A stretch of 64,000 bases of DNA from Anaeromyxobacteraceae bacterium (lineage in GTDB: Bacteria > Myxococcota > Myxococcia > Myxococcales > Anaeromyxobacteraceae), in NCBI GenBank assembly GCA_047602405.1, contig JASGHJ010000001.1, forward strand, positions 64,001 to 128,000. Direction: 5' to 3'. The translations under genes and the position numbers were made by a program. The notes beneath the pieces are model-generated. The model did no database searches and was not told where the DNA came from. It saw only the letters and a program-made list of their open reading frames with translations. Numbering within the stretch: position 1 is the stretch's first letter; the number at the start of each line of letters is the position of its first letter. This document shows positions 31,376 through 41,200 of the stretch, in pieces.

Positions 31376-31461
31376 CGGGGCCACTGCGGGGCCACAGACC
31401 CATCAAAACCTGCAAGGTTGGCAAGGATCGGCGATATTGATGCCGTCGCAAGTCGTTGATT
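31376..31461. promoter_or_regulatory. Integrase arm sites (CGGGGCCAC x2, 31376..31395) and IHF-consensus site (31449..31461)
   Basis: Repeat pair as at 2302; the reverse complement AATCAACGACTTG fits WATCAANNNNTTR. Confidence 0.55.
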
Positions 31462-31498
31462 CTTCTCCTCGGCAAGGTCAATGTGTTCACTCGTGGTA

Positions 31499-31544
31499 AC
31501 TACGAATCCGAAGGCCAGAGGTTCGTATCCTCTAGGGGCCCGCA
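31499..31544 (+). repeat. attR: duplicated 3' half of tRNA-Arg
   Basis: ACTACGAATCCGAAGGCCAGAGGTTCGTATCCTCTAGGGGCCCGCA vs 2210..2255; one substitution, one extra G, and the CCA end is not kept. Confidence 0.93.
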
Positions 31545-31547
31545 TCT

Positions 31548-31599
31548 GAAGAGGCCGGACTTCAACGGTTTTCCGTTGACAGTCCGGCCTCTTCCTTTT
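31548..31599 (+). terminator. Long hairpin terminator downstream of attR
   Basis: GAAGAGGCCGGACTTCAACGG-TTTT-CCGTTGACAGTCCGGCCTCTTC then CTTTT. Confidence 0.75.
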
Positions 31600-31611
31600 G
31601 GCCCTCCGCGC

Positions 31612-31976
31612 TCAACGAACGCGCCAACCCGAAATGATCGTTCCCGATAGGGTTGAGCCCTCTTTCCCCTTCTTGAACAGCTGCTGGGTGAGCGCCTCTA
31701 CGAAAGCGCTTGCCTGCCCCTTTTGCCAGGGAAACCCCTTGGTGTCCTTCAGGTCGCGACGGGCAGTATTCACCACCACGATGGAGAACCCCAGAGAAGC
31801 CGTACTCCGAACGCCGTGGCAAGGAGACCAAGAACCGTCGCGCCGCCTCCTCCCGTTAGGGCCGAGAGGCCAATGAGGGCGAGCAGGATCCCGAGGATTA
31901 TCGAGCGGGAGGTGTCGAGCCGAACAGACGTTACGTGCTGCAGTGGGATGTCCTCTCGCGAACCCCCGCCAACCAT
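31612..31976 (-). pseudogene. Small membrane protein, fragmentary/frameshifted
   Basis: IPLQHVTSVRL followed by two TM helices; continues in another frame near 31780. Confidence 0.4.
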
Positions 31977-32466
31977 CCCTTCGCACGGAAGTAGATCACG
32001 CGCCTTGTCGTGACGGTCCCGAAGGGAGTTTCCACCACTTTGGTTTCAAGCTGCGCTTGGATCGCACCTTCGCTGATGCTCGCTCCCTAGAGGGTTGAGG
32101 CTTGCGCTGAGGGTAGCACCCGCTAAGAGGGCGGACGGGATCGCACGAAGGCGGGACGTCCGGCCCGTAGGTAGTCCGCCGAGCCATTGCCGGGATGTCC
32201 GCACACCGATCAGCCTCGGGCACCAGCCATGTCGCTCCCCTCGAGACCCCTCGATGGAAGCGCTCGCCACAATTTCCGACGGCGCCGGGTGGGGGCACCT
32301 CTCGTTGTCAAACGACAGGAAGAACTGACCCCCATCCGACACTGGAACACTGGAACTGCCCCCTCCCGCCCGGGCGGTCGGACTTCTCGTAACCGTCCGA
32401 CCGAGGACGTCTGGTTCCGTTGATCGGCAGGGCTGATGCTCGGCGCTCTCGAGGAGGAGAGCGCGA

Positions 32467-32840
32467 TGAGCGACGACGAGCGGAGCAAGTGGACGAAGTT
32501 GGTTGCGGACTTCGAGACGGCGGACCTGAGCCAGCGGGAGTTCTCGAAGGAGCGCGGCGTTCCGCTGAGCAATCTGCGCTACTGGCTGTACAAGCTGCGC
32601 AAGGAGTCTCGGCCGCTCGTGACCACCGAGGCTGAGCAGGCCGGCAGCGTTACTGAGCAGCCGGCGCCGAATGGGGGCTCGCGTCTGCTACCGGTTCGCG
32701 TGGTAGCCTCCGCCGCGCCGAAGGCGCGGCCAGGGGAGGCGGCCCTGCTGGAGCTGGCGCTGCCCTCGGGCGCGGTGCTGCGGTTCCCGGTCGGTGCCGA
32801 CCTCGAGTACTTGCGCCAGGTCGTCGCCGCGCTCCCGTGA
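32467..32840 (+). CDS. tnpA: IS66 accessory protein TnpA
   Basis: HTH LSQREFSKERGVPLSNLRYW; LELALPSG C-terminus. Confidence 0.85.
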
Positions 32841-33217
32841 TCACGCTGCCGACGGCGGTGCGGATCTTCCTCGGGTCCGCCCCCATGGACATGAGGAAGT
32901 CCATCGACGGGCTCATGGCCATCGTCGAGCACGAGCTCCGCCAGGACGCGTACACGGGCCACCTCTTCGTCTTCGTGAGCCGCGCGGGCGACCGGGTGAA
33001 GATCCTCACCTGGGACAAGGGCGGGTTCGTCCTCTACTACAAGCGACTCGAGCGCGGCCGGTTCCGCCTGCCGCACATGGACCCGAACGCCTCGGCGGTC
33101 GAGCTCGACGCCACCCAGCTCTCGATGCTTCTCGACGGGATCGAGTACAGCCGCGTGCGTCGCCCGCCGGCGTGGGCTCCTGGCGGGCGTCCCATGGACA
33201 AGTCCAGCCAGACGTGA
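32837..33217 (+). CDS. tnpB: IS66 accessory protein TnpB
   Basis: DMRKSIDGL, LFVFV, KRLERGRF. Confidence 0.92.
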   Translation: MITLPTAVRIFLGSAPMDMRKSIDGLMAIVEHELRQDAYTGHLFVFVSRAGDRVKILTWDKGGFVLYYKRLERGRFRLPHMDPNASAVELDATQLSMLLDGIEYSRVRRPPAWAPGGRPMDKSSQT

Positions 33218-33230
33218 TCGAACATGGTCA

Positions 33231-34746
33231 ATGGGAGCCGGCGATCACGACTGCCAGTGGCGCCAGCAGGCCGAGAAGCTGGCCAGCGAACTCGCCGAGG
33301 AGCGATCCGGTCGCGCCGCGCTGAACGAGGAAGTCTCCCGGCTCGCCGCCATCGTCGAGAAGCTGCAGCGCCACGCCTTCGGCAAGCGTTCCGAGAAGAT
33401 CCCTCCCGTCGACGAGGAGCTCCGCCGCTCCGGAGTCACCGCCGATCCCGAAGTCACGCAGGAGAAGCGCCGCGCCAACGCAGAGAAGAAGCGCGCGGTC
33501 GTCACCCGCGAAGTCCGCCACGAGATTGCCGAGGAGCAGAGGACCTGCCCGAAGTGCGGCGGGCACGAGTTCACGCCGCTCGGCAGCGGGAAGATCACTG
33601 AGCTCTACGAGCTGCTCCCGTCGATCATCGAGCGCCAGCTCCACGTCCAAGCCAAGGCGCGATGCAGGTGCGGCGAGACCGTCGTCACTGCTCCGGGCGC
33701 GACGCGCGTGTTCGACAAGGCGCGCTACGGCCCGACCTTCATGGCGAACATCGTCGTCTCGAAGATCGCGGACGCCATCCCGCTCCACCGGCTCGCGAAG
33801 CAGTTTCAGCGCAGTGGCGTCCCGATGCACCGCTCGACCCTGGTCGACCTCTTCCACCGCTCCGCGGAGATCCTGGACCCACTCTCGAAGCGCCTCCTCG
33901 AGCTCATCCCGAAATGCGAGAATCGTTCAGGCAGACGAGACGACGATGCGCGTGCTGGCGAAGGGCAAGACGCACACGTCCTGGCTCTGGACGTTCCTCG
34001 CAAACCAGGAGGGGGAGACGGACGCGGACGACAAGCCGCTCATCGGCTACGTCTACAGCCCGAGCCGCTCGGGCGAGACCCCGGTGAAGGTCCTCGGCGA
34101 CACCGTCGGCCTGCTCGTCTCGGACAAGTACTCCGGCTACAACAAGGTCACTGTTCCCGGGCAACGCGAGCGTGCCGGCTGCCTCGCGCACGTCCGCAGG
34201 AAGTTCTTCGACGCACGACCGACCTCGCCCGCGGCCCAGACCGCGATGGACTTCATCGTCGAGGTCTACAAGGTCGAGCGCGCGGCGCTGGACGACGATC
34301 TGCTCGGCTCCGAGGCGCACCTCGCGATGCGCCAGTCGCGCAGCCGGCAGGTCATGAGCGACTTCAAGGCGTGGCTCGAAGTCGAGCAGCCGAAGCACCT
34401 CCCCCGCGGCCCGATGGGCGAGGCGATCAGTTACGCCCTCGGGCAGTGGCCTGCCCTGACGAAGTTCCTGACGGACGCTCGGGTCCCCGTGGACAACAAC
34501 GCCTCGGAGAACGCGCTCAGGGCGGCCGCGCTCGGTAGGAAGAACTGGCTCTTCGTCGGCCACGACGAGGCCGGCGAGAACGTCGCCGGCCTGTTCTCCC
34601 TCGTCATGACCTGCGAGGCGAACGGTGTGAACCCCATCGCCTACCTCGCCGACGTGCTGCTCCGTGTCCAGACGCACCCGGCCGCCCGCATCGACGAGCT
34701 GCTGCCGCACAACTGGAAGCCGCCGGGATTCGAGCCGCCGGCCTGA
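33231..34746 (+). CDS. tnpC: IS66 transposase TnpC, +1 frameshift at ~33921
   Basis: Leucine zipper, CPKCG, ADET, SDKYSGY, CLAHVRRKF, DNNASE, LLPHNW. Confidence 0.9.
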
Positions 34747-34799
34747 AGCTGGTCGGCGGCGGCGCGGAGCGGTGCCAGATCCGATACTCTTCCCGGCGC

Positions 34800-35270
34800 G
34801 TGAAGGACACGACCTCCAAGAAGCTGCGCCGCAGTAGGCATCTCGCTCGCCATCTCACCGAGTTGGGTCGGCTCCTGCACAAGGAAGTGCGGACGGAGGA
34901 CTTGCTAAGCCTCGACGAGACCGAAGCGCTCCTTGCGCGCTCCAAGGCGGTGACAAGGCGAGCGCCAGATTGGAAATCCTCCTTCCCATTCGCGGAGAAG
35001 GAACAGCGACTCTCGCGTCCGATTCGGCCCATCCACGCAGAAATGGTCTACGTGTGGACGGCCCTGGCGAACGACTGTGGCGTGCACCGCCTCGTGCGAC
35101 TGTCGGAGCTCGATTTTCGTTTTTCCTTCGACTTCAGTCCCGAGGGGATCCTCACCGTTATCTCGGAGGACCTTGAGAACCAGATGCTTCTCGACTGGCA
35201 TAAGGACAATGGAGTGGAGCTGCTAGACCTCGAGGTCACCGGCCCACGTTGGAGCGCCGCCGGTCCCTAA
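34800..35270 (+). CDS. Hypothetical passenger protein (immunity-protein-like) inside IS66
   Basis: 156-aa ORF between tnpC and the right IR, less GC-rich than tnpC. Confidence 0.6.
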   Translation: MKDTTSKKLRRSRHLARHLTELGRLLHKEVRTEDLLSLDETEALLARSKAVTRRAPDWKSSFPFAEKEQRLSRPIRPIHAEMVYVWTALANDCGVHRLVRLSELDFRFSFDFSPEGILTVISEDLENQMLLDWHKDNGVELLDLEVTGPRWSAAGP

Positions 35271-35719
35271 CGAACTCGTTACGTCAAGACGTCCTACGTC
35301 GGTCGGTTACGACTTCTCGGCCCTACCCAGCAGGCCCGCCCTGCGGTTCTGCTTCAGCCGGTTGCTCTCGCACTGGACCATCAGCGTGAAGCTGTGGTGC
35401 AGGAGCCGGTCGAGGATCGTGGCGGCGGGGGCCTCATCGCCGAACTCGGTTACCCACTGCGTCACGACCTGGTTGGTTGTCATGAACGTTGAGCCCTTCT
35501 CGTAGCGCCCGCGCGATGGGCTGAAAGAACAGGTGCGCGCTGCGCTCCTCGAAGGGCAGGTACTCGAACTCGTCGATGATGAGGAGATTCGGCTTGCCCA
35601 ACGCCGCCCGCGCACCGGCTGCACCAGTGCCCGTTCCTCACGTCGTTCACCCGCGCGGAGAACGCGTGCCCCTGCGCGCAACGGAACGCTAACGCTCTGC
35701 CGCCGCTCCGGCCCGAGCC

Positions 35720-37594
35720 CTACCCGTCCACCTCGACCCCCGCCGCCCGGAGTTCCTTCACGAAGTCCGTCCGCGCCCGCTTCAGCGCACGCAGCGGGCT
35801 CTTGAGTTCGGCGTCGATCCATGCAGCGAGTTCTGCCTTGAGCGCCTCGAGCACCTTCACCGCGGCGGCCCGCGCCTCTGCGACGCGCCGCACGGCGGCT
35901 AGGCGCACGCGCTCGAGGCCGACGACGACCTGCGCACGAATCCGCCCGAGCCGCGCGAGGAATGCCCGGCTCACCTGCTCGCCGCCCTGCGCGTGCATCG
36001 CGAGATCGAAGACCCTCTCGGTCGCGAACGGCGCCTCCAGCCCGCCCTCGGCCTCGCGCCGCGCCGCCTCCCAGGCCGCGCAGAAGGCCTCCAGCACCTC
36101 CAGACGCGCCGCGGCCTCGTGATCCTCGGGGCGCGGCCAGAGCGTGCGGCGCCAGCAGGGGATGGCGCGCACGGCCGCGCGCGCGTCCTTGAGCTCGCGC
36201 CGGAGCGCGATCGACGCCTTCCCGAGTACCTTCCGCCCGTCCTCGGGGGTCACCGTGCGGACCTTCCCGATCGCCTCGCGGGCCACGGCGACGGCCTGCG
36301 TGACCATCGCCTCCGCCTCGCCCCGCTCGGCGAGGAGCCGCGCAGCCTGCGCGTCGTACCCCACCTTCCAGCGCCGGTCCGCCTCCGCGACGGTCTCCTC
36401 GCGGCGTCCCTCGAACGACGCGACGGCCTCCTCGAACTCGCCCTTCGCATTCTCGAGGGGCGCCCGCTTCACCCTATTCGCGACCTTGCGCCCTGCGAGC
36501 CCACCGAAGATCCCGCCGATCCCCGCGCCGATGGCCGTGCCGAGCCCCGGCGCGATGAACGTCCCGATCGCCGCGCCCGCCTTCATGCCAAGGGCGCCGC
36601 CCCCGCCCACGGCGGCGGTGTCGACCGCGACGTTCTTCACCATGCGCCCGAGATCGGTGTGGCCCTTGAGGAGCAGCTTACCCTCGCGGAAGGCCGAAAT
36701 GCCCATCGTGATCCAAGGCACGTGGAGGCTCACGTGCCCCGCGCCGACCTCGAGGCCGGACTGCGCAGCGTCGGTGACGTCCGCGTGCGAGAGCGCGTCG
36801 TCTACGAAGACGGTGGCGCCGGCCTCCTTCGCCGCAACGAGGTCGATCGGGTGCGCGCCATCGAAGTGGATCGCGTCGTCCGGGAGCCCCGCCATGTCGT
36901 GCGGCACGATGACCGGGATGTCGGGGTTCGTCGCAAAGTGCTCGCTCAGGTTCGAGAAGTCGCCTACCAGCTTCACGTTGAACGGCTGTCCATCAATCTG
37001 GAGGTCCCACCCGGCCTGGTTCGAGTCGATCGGCATCGCGGGCGCGTGGCCCGCCGTGTGGAGGTGATCGGCGGCGAGCCATTCGGCGAGGTGCCCCTTC
37101 ACCTTGTTGACGAGTGCCTCCGACACGTCGCCGCCCGGCGTCACGGAGTCCCATCCCGTCACGGCGCGGTGGAGGTCGGACAACGACGCGACCGACTGGT
37201 GCGTCATGTGCTCGATCGCCTGAAAGAGGTGCTCGTCGAGCGTGGCCCAGCTCCAGGCGTAGGCGGCCGCCGGTGCCATGCCGTCGAGCACCGCGGGGGC
37301 CACCGGGAGATCGTGCGCGTCGGGGGCCGCCGCGGCCTTCCGCTTCGAGCGGAGCGGGCACCTTGAAGTGGGCCGGGCGGGAGCAGGCGCGGGGGCGTCC
37401 GCCGGGAGCTGCGTGAGATCGACCACGGGCGCCTCACCGAGCACCTCCCGCTCGAGCTCCCGGAACATCCCGGTTCTGAGAGCCCTTGGTTCCGCGGCTT
37501 GCGCCCGGGCGCGCGCCCACCCGCGCCTGATCACGACCGCGCCTGCTGCCACCCCGAGGATCGAAAGCAGTGAGACGGCGATCAAGAGCGACAT
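35720..37594 (-). CDS. Membrane-anchored protein with nuclease-like motif, glycine zipper and coiled coil
   Basis: N-terminal TM; KGHLAE...NQAGWDLQIDGQPFNVK; GAAIGTFIAPGLGTAIGAGIGGIFGGLAG; helical C-terminus. Confidence 0.65.
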   Translation of the reverse strand: MSLLIAVSLLSILGVAAGAVVIRRGWARARAQAAEPRALRTGMFRELEREVLGEAPVVDLTQLPADAPAPAPARPTSRCPLRSKRKAAAAPDAHDLPVAPAVLDGMAPAAAYAWSWATLDEHLFQAIEHMTHQSVASLSDLHRAVTGWDSVTPGGDVSEALVNKVKGHLAEWLAADHLHTAGHAPAMPIDSNQAGWDLQIDGQPFNVKLVGDFSNLSEHFATNPDIPVIVPHDMAGLPDDAIHFDGAHPIDLVAAKEAGATVFVDDALSHADVTDAAQSGLEVGAGHVSLHVPWITMGISAFREGKLLLKGHTDLGRMVKNVAVDTAAVGGGGALGMKAGAAIGTFIAPGLGTAIGAGIGGIFGGLAGRKVANRVKRAPLENAKGEFEEAVASFEGRREETVAEADRRWKVGYDAQAARLLAERGEAEAMVTQAVAVAREAIGKVRTVTPEDGRKVLGKASIALRRELKDARAAVRAIPCWRRTLWPRPEDHEAAARLEVLEAFCAAWEAARREAEGGLEAPFATERVFDLAMHAQGGEQVSRAFLARLGRIRAQVVVGLERVRLAAVRRVAEARAAAVKVLEALKAELAAWIDAELKSPLRALKRARTDFVKELRAAGVEVDG

Positions 37595-38219
37595 CCCGAT
37601 TCCCCCTTCGGCGCGGGGCCGCTGTGGCCCCGGCGCCCACCCGACGTGGAGCGCGCAGGCCACCGGCCTTGGGCGGACCAGGCGGTGGACAACCTTCATA
37701 GGGGAGCACGCAAACGCCACGTCAGACCATCACCAGGGGGCAACGCTCCTAACCATGCGACTCGGTTCCACGCCACAGCTAGAACCTTGGCTGAGAACAA
37801 GTCCGCCTTGACGCGCTGCGCCCCAGAGCGAGGGCAAGAGTCCGGCGCGGGACCGTTCGGTGAATGGAGTCATCCGGAGGTTCCCCCGGTTCCTCAGAGC
37901 ATGAGGCCTCGCAAGTCAGCGGATCCGCACCTTTTGGCCGGGATCGCATCGGCTCGGCGGATCAAGCCCATACCCTGACCCGCCCTCCGACCTAAGTCAC
38001 AACCCGATCTGGGCGTGACCTGGGCGTGCGCACCCCTCTCACCAAGGCGCAAGAGGCGCAGCCAAGGCCGATGTCCGTCTGACTGCTATAGCTTGGTAGC
38101 ACCACTGCCACTCTACGCAGCAAGAGAACGCCACTTTCACATGGCGTGACCTAGAATCCGGGGAGTTCGGGGGTCGCGGTATGTCCGCATCGGCCCTGTA
38201 GACTTCACCTAAGGGGAGC

Positions 38220-41200
38220 GTGATGGACGTCAACGAGCTTGCCGAGTGGGCCCGGAGCCTCGACCGCGAAGAGGTGTACGAGATGTCCACTGATGATCGC
38301 TTCTCCGGCGCGGAGAAGAAGTTTCTCTACGACGCCGCGGGACGGATCTCGAGGGGGGACACCCTCACCACCAAGCAGATGCAGTGGCTTCATTCGCTCT
38401 TCACCAAGCGCACGGCCTGGTCTACGGCATCCGCGTATGGCTCCGAGAAGGAGTACGTCGCCCATCCAGATGCCGCTCTGGAGCATCGGCATCTTTGCGT
38501 CCGTCTGGCGTGGCACGACTCCGCGTGGAACGGTGCCCTGTGCACCAGGCCCGCTGACAACGTCTACTGCGTGGGGGAGCATTCGCTGCTCTCGGATCGA
38601 TTGCGACGCCGCAGGGACCTGGCCAAAGAAGAACCAGCGGCGGGCGCGAGCGGGAACGACCAGGCGTTGGGCCATTACCAGCCCCCCTGCTTCTGGTCGA
38701 TTAACGCCTTCGGCAAGCGACAGCTGGTGTTCTCGCACGACAACCCGGCCGAGAGTTCATACCCCCACATCAAGGAGACGCTCCCGCCGTATTCGGTGAT
38801 CTCGTGGCCCTTCGATCTCGCGTTCGTGAGGGACAACACAGAGAGACAGAAGCTCGGCTCCTACTATCCCAAGGCCCTCTTCGAACGCCGTATTAGGGAT
38901 TTCCATGCCCGGGTAGTCGAGGGGAGCTCGATCGTCTTCTTGTACTGTAAGTTCAGCAACCCGGTATCCGGGGATGACTCCGACTACCTCCTCGTCGGCT
39001 GTGGGCTCGTCTCCGGTAAGGGCGCGCTCAACTGGTTCAACGTTAGCGACTCCGTGCTTCGCGCAACGAAGGAGAAGAAGCGCGAGCCTAATTTCCCCAC
39101 GCTAAACTGGGCCTTGCGCTTCTCGATGGATTTCGAGCGCACGGGCGTCCGCATTCCGTACCAAGAGTACCTGGGGCTCATCAACGTGCCGGGGGGATTG
39201 CCTCAGCAGTACCTGGACGACATCAAGGTCGTCGTTCGGGAGCCGGAGCTGATCGACGGCTTCACCTATGTCGCAAAGCACGTAGATGATGATCAGGCGA
39301 TCTTCCTCCTGATGAAGCTCCGCCAGAGCCTTCTGGAGGTGAAGCGCCATGGCGTCCTCCCGGGCTTTGATGTCGACACTCAGTTGAAGCACATCGACTT
39401 CCTGTTGGACCACGCCTGGAATTCTCGCGGCTACCTGCCAGGTTTTCGCGGTGCGGCGATGGGGCTCCTGGGACGGAACACTGCGGACACTAGGGACATC
39501 GACGCCTTCGTTGCCCAGTACGAGCGAGCGGCGCCGGAGACGATCACGAAGCTGGACGCCATCCTGCATGAGACCGAGGGCTCTCCCGGCCACGAACGAC
39601 TCGTGGGCGACCTTCTGGACCGCCTTGAACGCCATGCCCTGAGCCCGACCCAGTTCCTTCGGCTCGCCTCGCTGAACCTCACCCCCCTCCAGTTCGCCCG
39701 CATCCTGGGGCGGGAGGGAAGCCCGTATGGCGCCGGCGAGATCGCCGACAATCCCTACCTGCTCTTCGAGTCCTACGCGCCGCAGGAGAAGGACAAGGAC
39801 CGTACTTCCGGCGAGAAGATCGACAGCGTCGTAGACCTTTTCAAGATCGACATCGCGCTATTCCCTCAGCGACGGCACCTCCCGCGCAGCCCGACCTTTC
39901 ACGACTGGAAGGTGGGTGATCCCAGGCGGGTCCGTTCCGTCTTGATAGCCCTCCTCCGTCAGCTCGAGTCCCGAGGCCACTGCTACGACACCGCGGAGCA
40001 CCTCTCGGCAGGCATCGCGCGCTATCCCCTCTTCTATGAGATCGGTGACGAGTACAAGCCTGACCTCAACCTTGCATCGCCCCAGGCCGCGCTCAGGTCG
40101 CATCTCGAGAAGGAGGTAGTTGCGACCACCCTCGATGGTCGCTCCGTCTACTACCTGAAGTCCGTCTACGACGACGAGAAGTACGTGGCGAACGTCATCG
40201 ACCATCTGGTGGCCGCCGCCGACAACAGTGTCAACGTACCGCCCGGCCTTGTCGGACAGGCAGCGATCGCCGCCAAGGGCTTGAAGACAAAGCTGGGCGC
40301 GCGCTTCCGGCCAGAAGATTTCGTCGAGGAGCGAAAGCGTCTCTACTCGATTCTCCCATATCGGAAGTTCAGCATTCTCACCGGCTCGCCCGGAGCTGGG
40401 AAGTCCTACGAACTTCTCAAGCTAGTGTCCTTCCTGAGCACACTTCAGGAGCGCTACCTGATCCTTTCGCTCACAGGGAAGGCGGCGTTGCGGCTTCGAA
40501 ACAATGAGTTGGGGGTCAAGAACGTCCACGCAAAGACATTCGACAAGTTCCTGGTCGAGCTTGAGCGCCAGAAGGGCGTGAAATCGATCGTCCACAATCT
40601 CATCATCGAAGAAGCATCGATGGCCGACCTCACCAAGCTGGCCGCCGTGCTTCGCGCGGTCGACCCGCATGCCAGCCATTTCCGCCGCCTGATCTTGGTT
40701 GGTGACGAGAACCAGCTGCCACCCATCGGCTATGGCAAACCGTTCGCGGACATCGTCGATTCGCTTAAGGCTGACGGCGCGCGCGCGGAGAGACACCATG
40801 TCTCCCTAGCGACCAACTGCAGAGCCGAGCTTCCCGAGGAGTTCGTCAGCCTGACGAATGTGTTTGCCAACAACAGCAAGATGGGCGAACGCGTTCTGGC
40901 TGACCTGGTCAAGAACAAGAAGGCGCCTGGCATCCTGGTACGCACCTATCGCGACAAGAGCGACCTCTATGCGCAGATCCGCGAGGAGTTCCTTTCCGTA
41001 GCCGGCCATCCGCCGACGCTCAACGCTGGACTCGACGTGCTGCTGAAGCTTTCGGGGGACATGAAGTCCAGGCCAACGGGGCTCGAGAACTTCCAGGTCC
41101 TGTCCCCCTACCGCGCCGGGTACTCGGGGGTGTCGGGGCTTAACTTGCTGTTCCAGTCTGAGTATCGAACCACCGAGCGGTACACGCGAAAGGTCGGTGA

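Larger units (their letters stand above)
2256..31544. mobile_element. tRNA-Arg-integrated genomic island / integrative element (~29 kb)
   Basis: Integrase next to the tRNA; direct repeat 2210..2255 vs 31499..31544; arm-type repeats at both ends; cargo visibly less GC-rich than the flanks. Confidence 0.92.
32389..35310 (+). mobile_element. IS66-family element with passenger gene
   Basis: IRs GTAACCGTCCGACCGAGGACGTCT / GTAACCGACCGACGTAGGACGTCT; 8-bp TSD GACTTCTC. Confidence 0.95.
32306..35690 (-). pseudogene. istB: Degenerate IS21 remnant (istB fragment 35311..~35690; right end 32306..32388) split by IS66
   Basis: RYEKGSTFMTTN...ATILDRLLHH; terminal ...TCGTTTGACA on the minus strand; left boundary of the homology approximate. 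Confidence 0.7.

Noticed and set aside
31499..31544. Possible fourth tRNA
   Set aside because: Only the 3' half is present, with a mutated T-loop; it is attR.
2256..31544. Prophage or ICE
   Set aside because: No structural, lysis, terminase or conjugation genes are recognisable.
33900..33930. Programmed frameshift in IS66 tnpC
   Set aside because: No slippery heptamer is visible, and the indel matches the GATC-type error pattern seen in unrelated genes.
37720..38220. Long intergenic region as possible ncRNA or array (also 47500..47890, 28200..28615)
   Set aside because: No convincing repeat or extended structure by eye; a covariance-model search would be needed.
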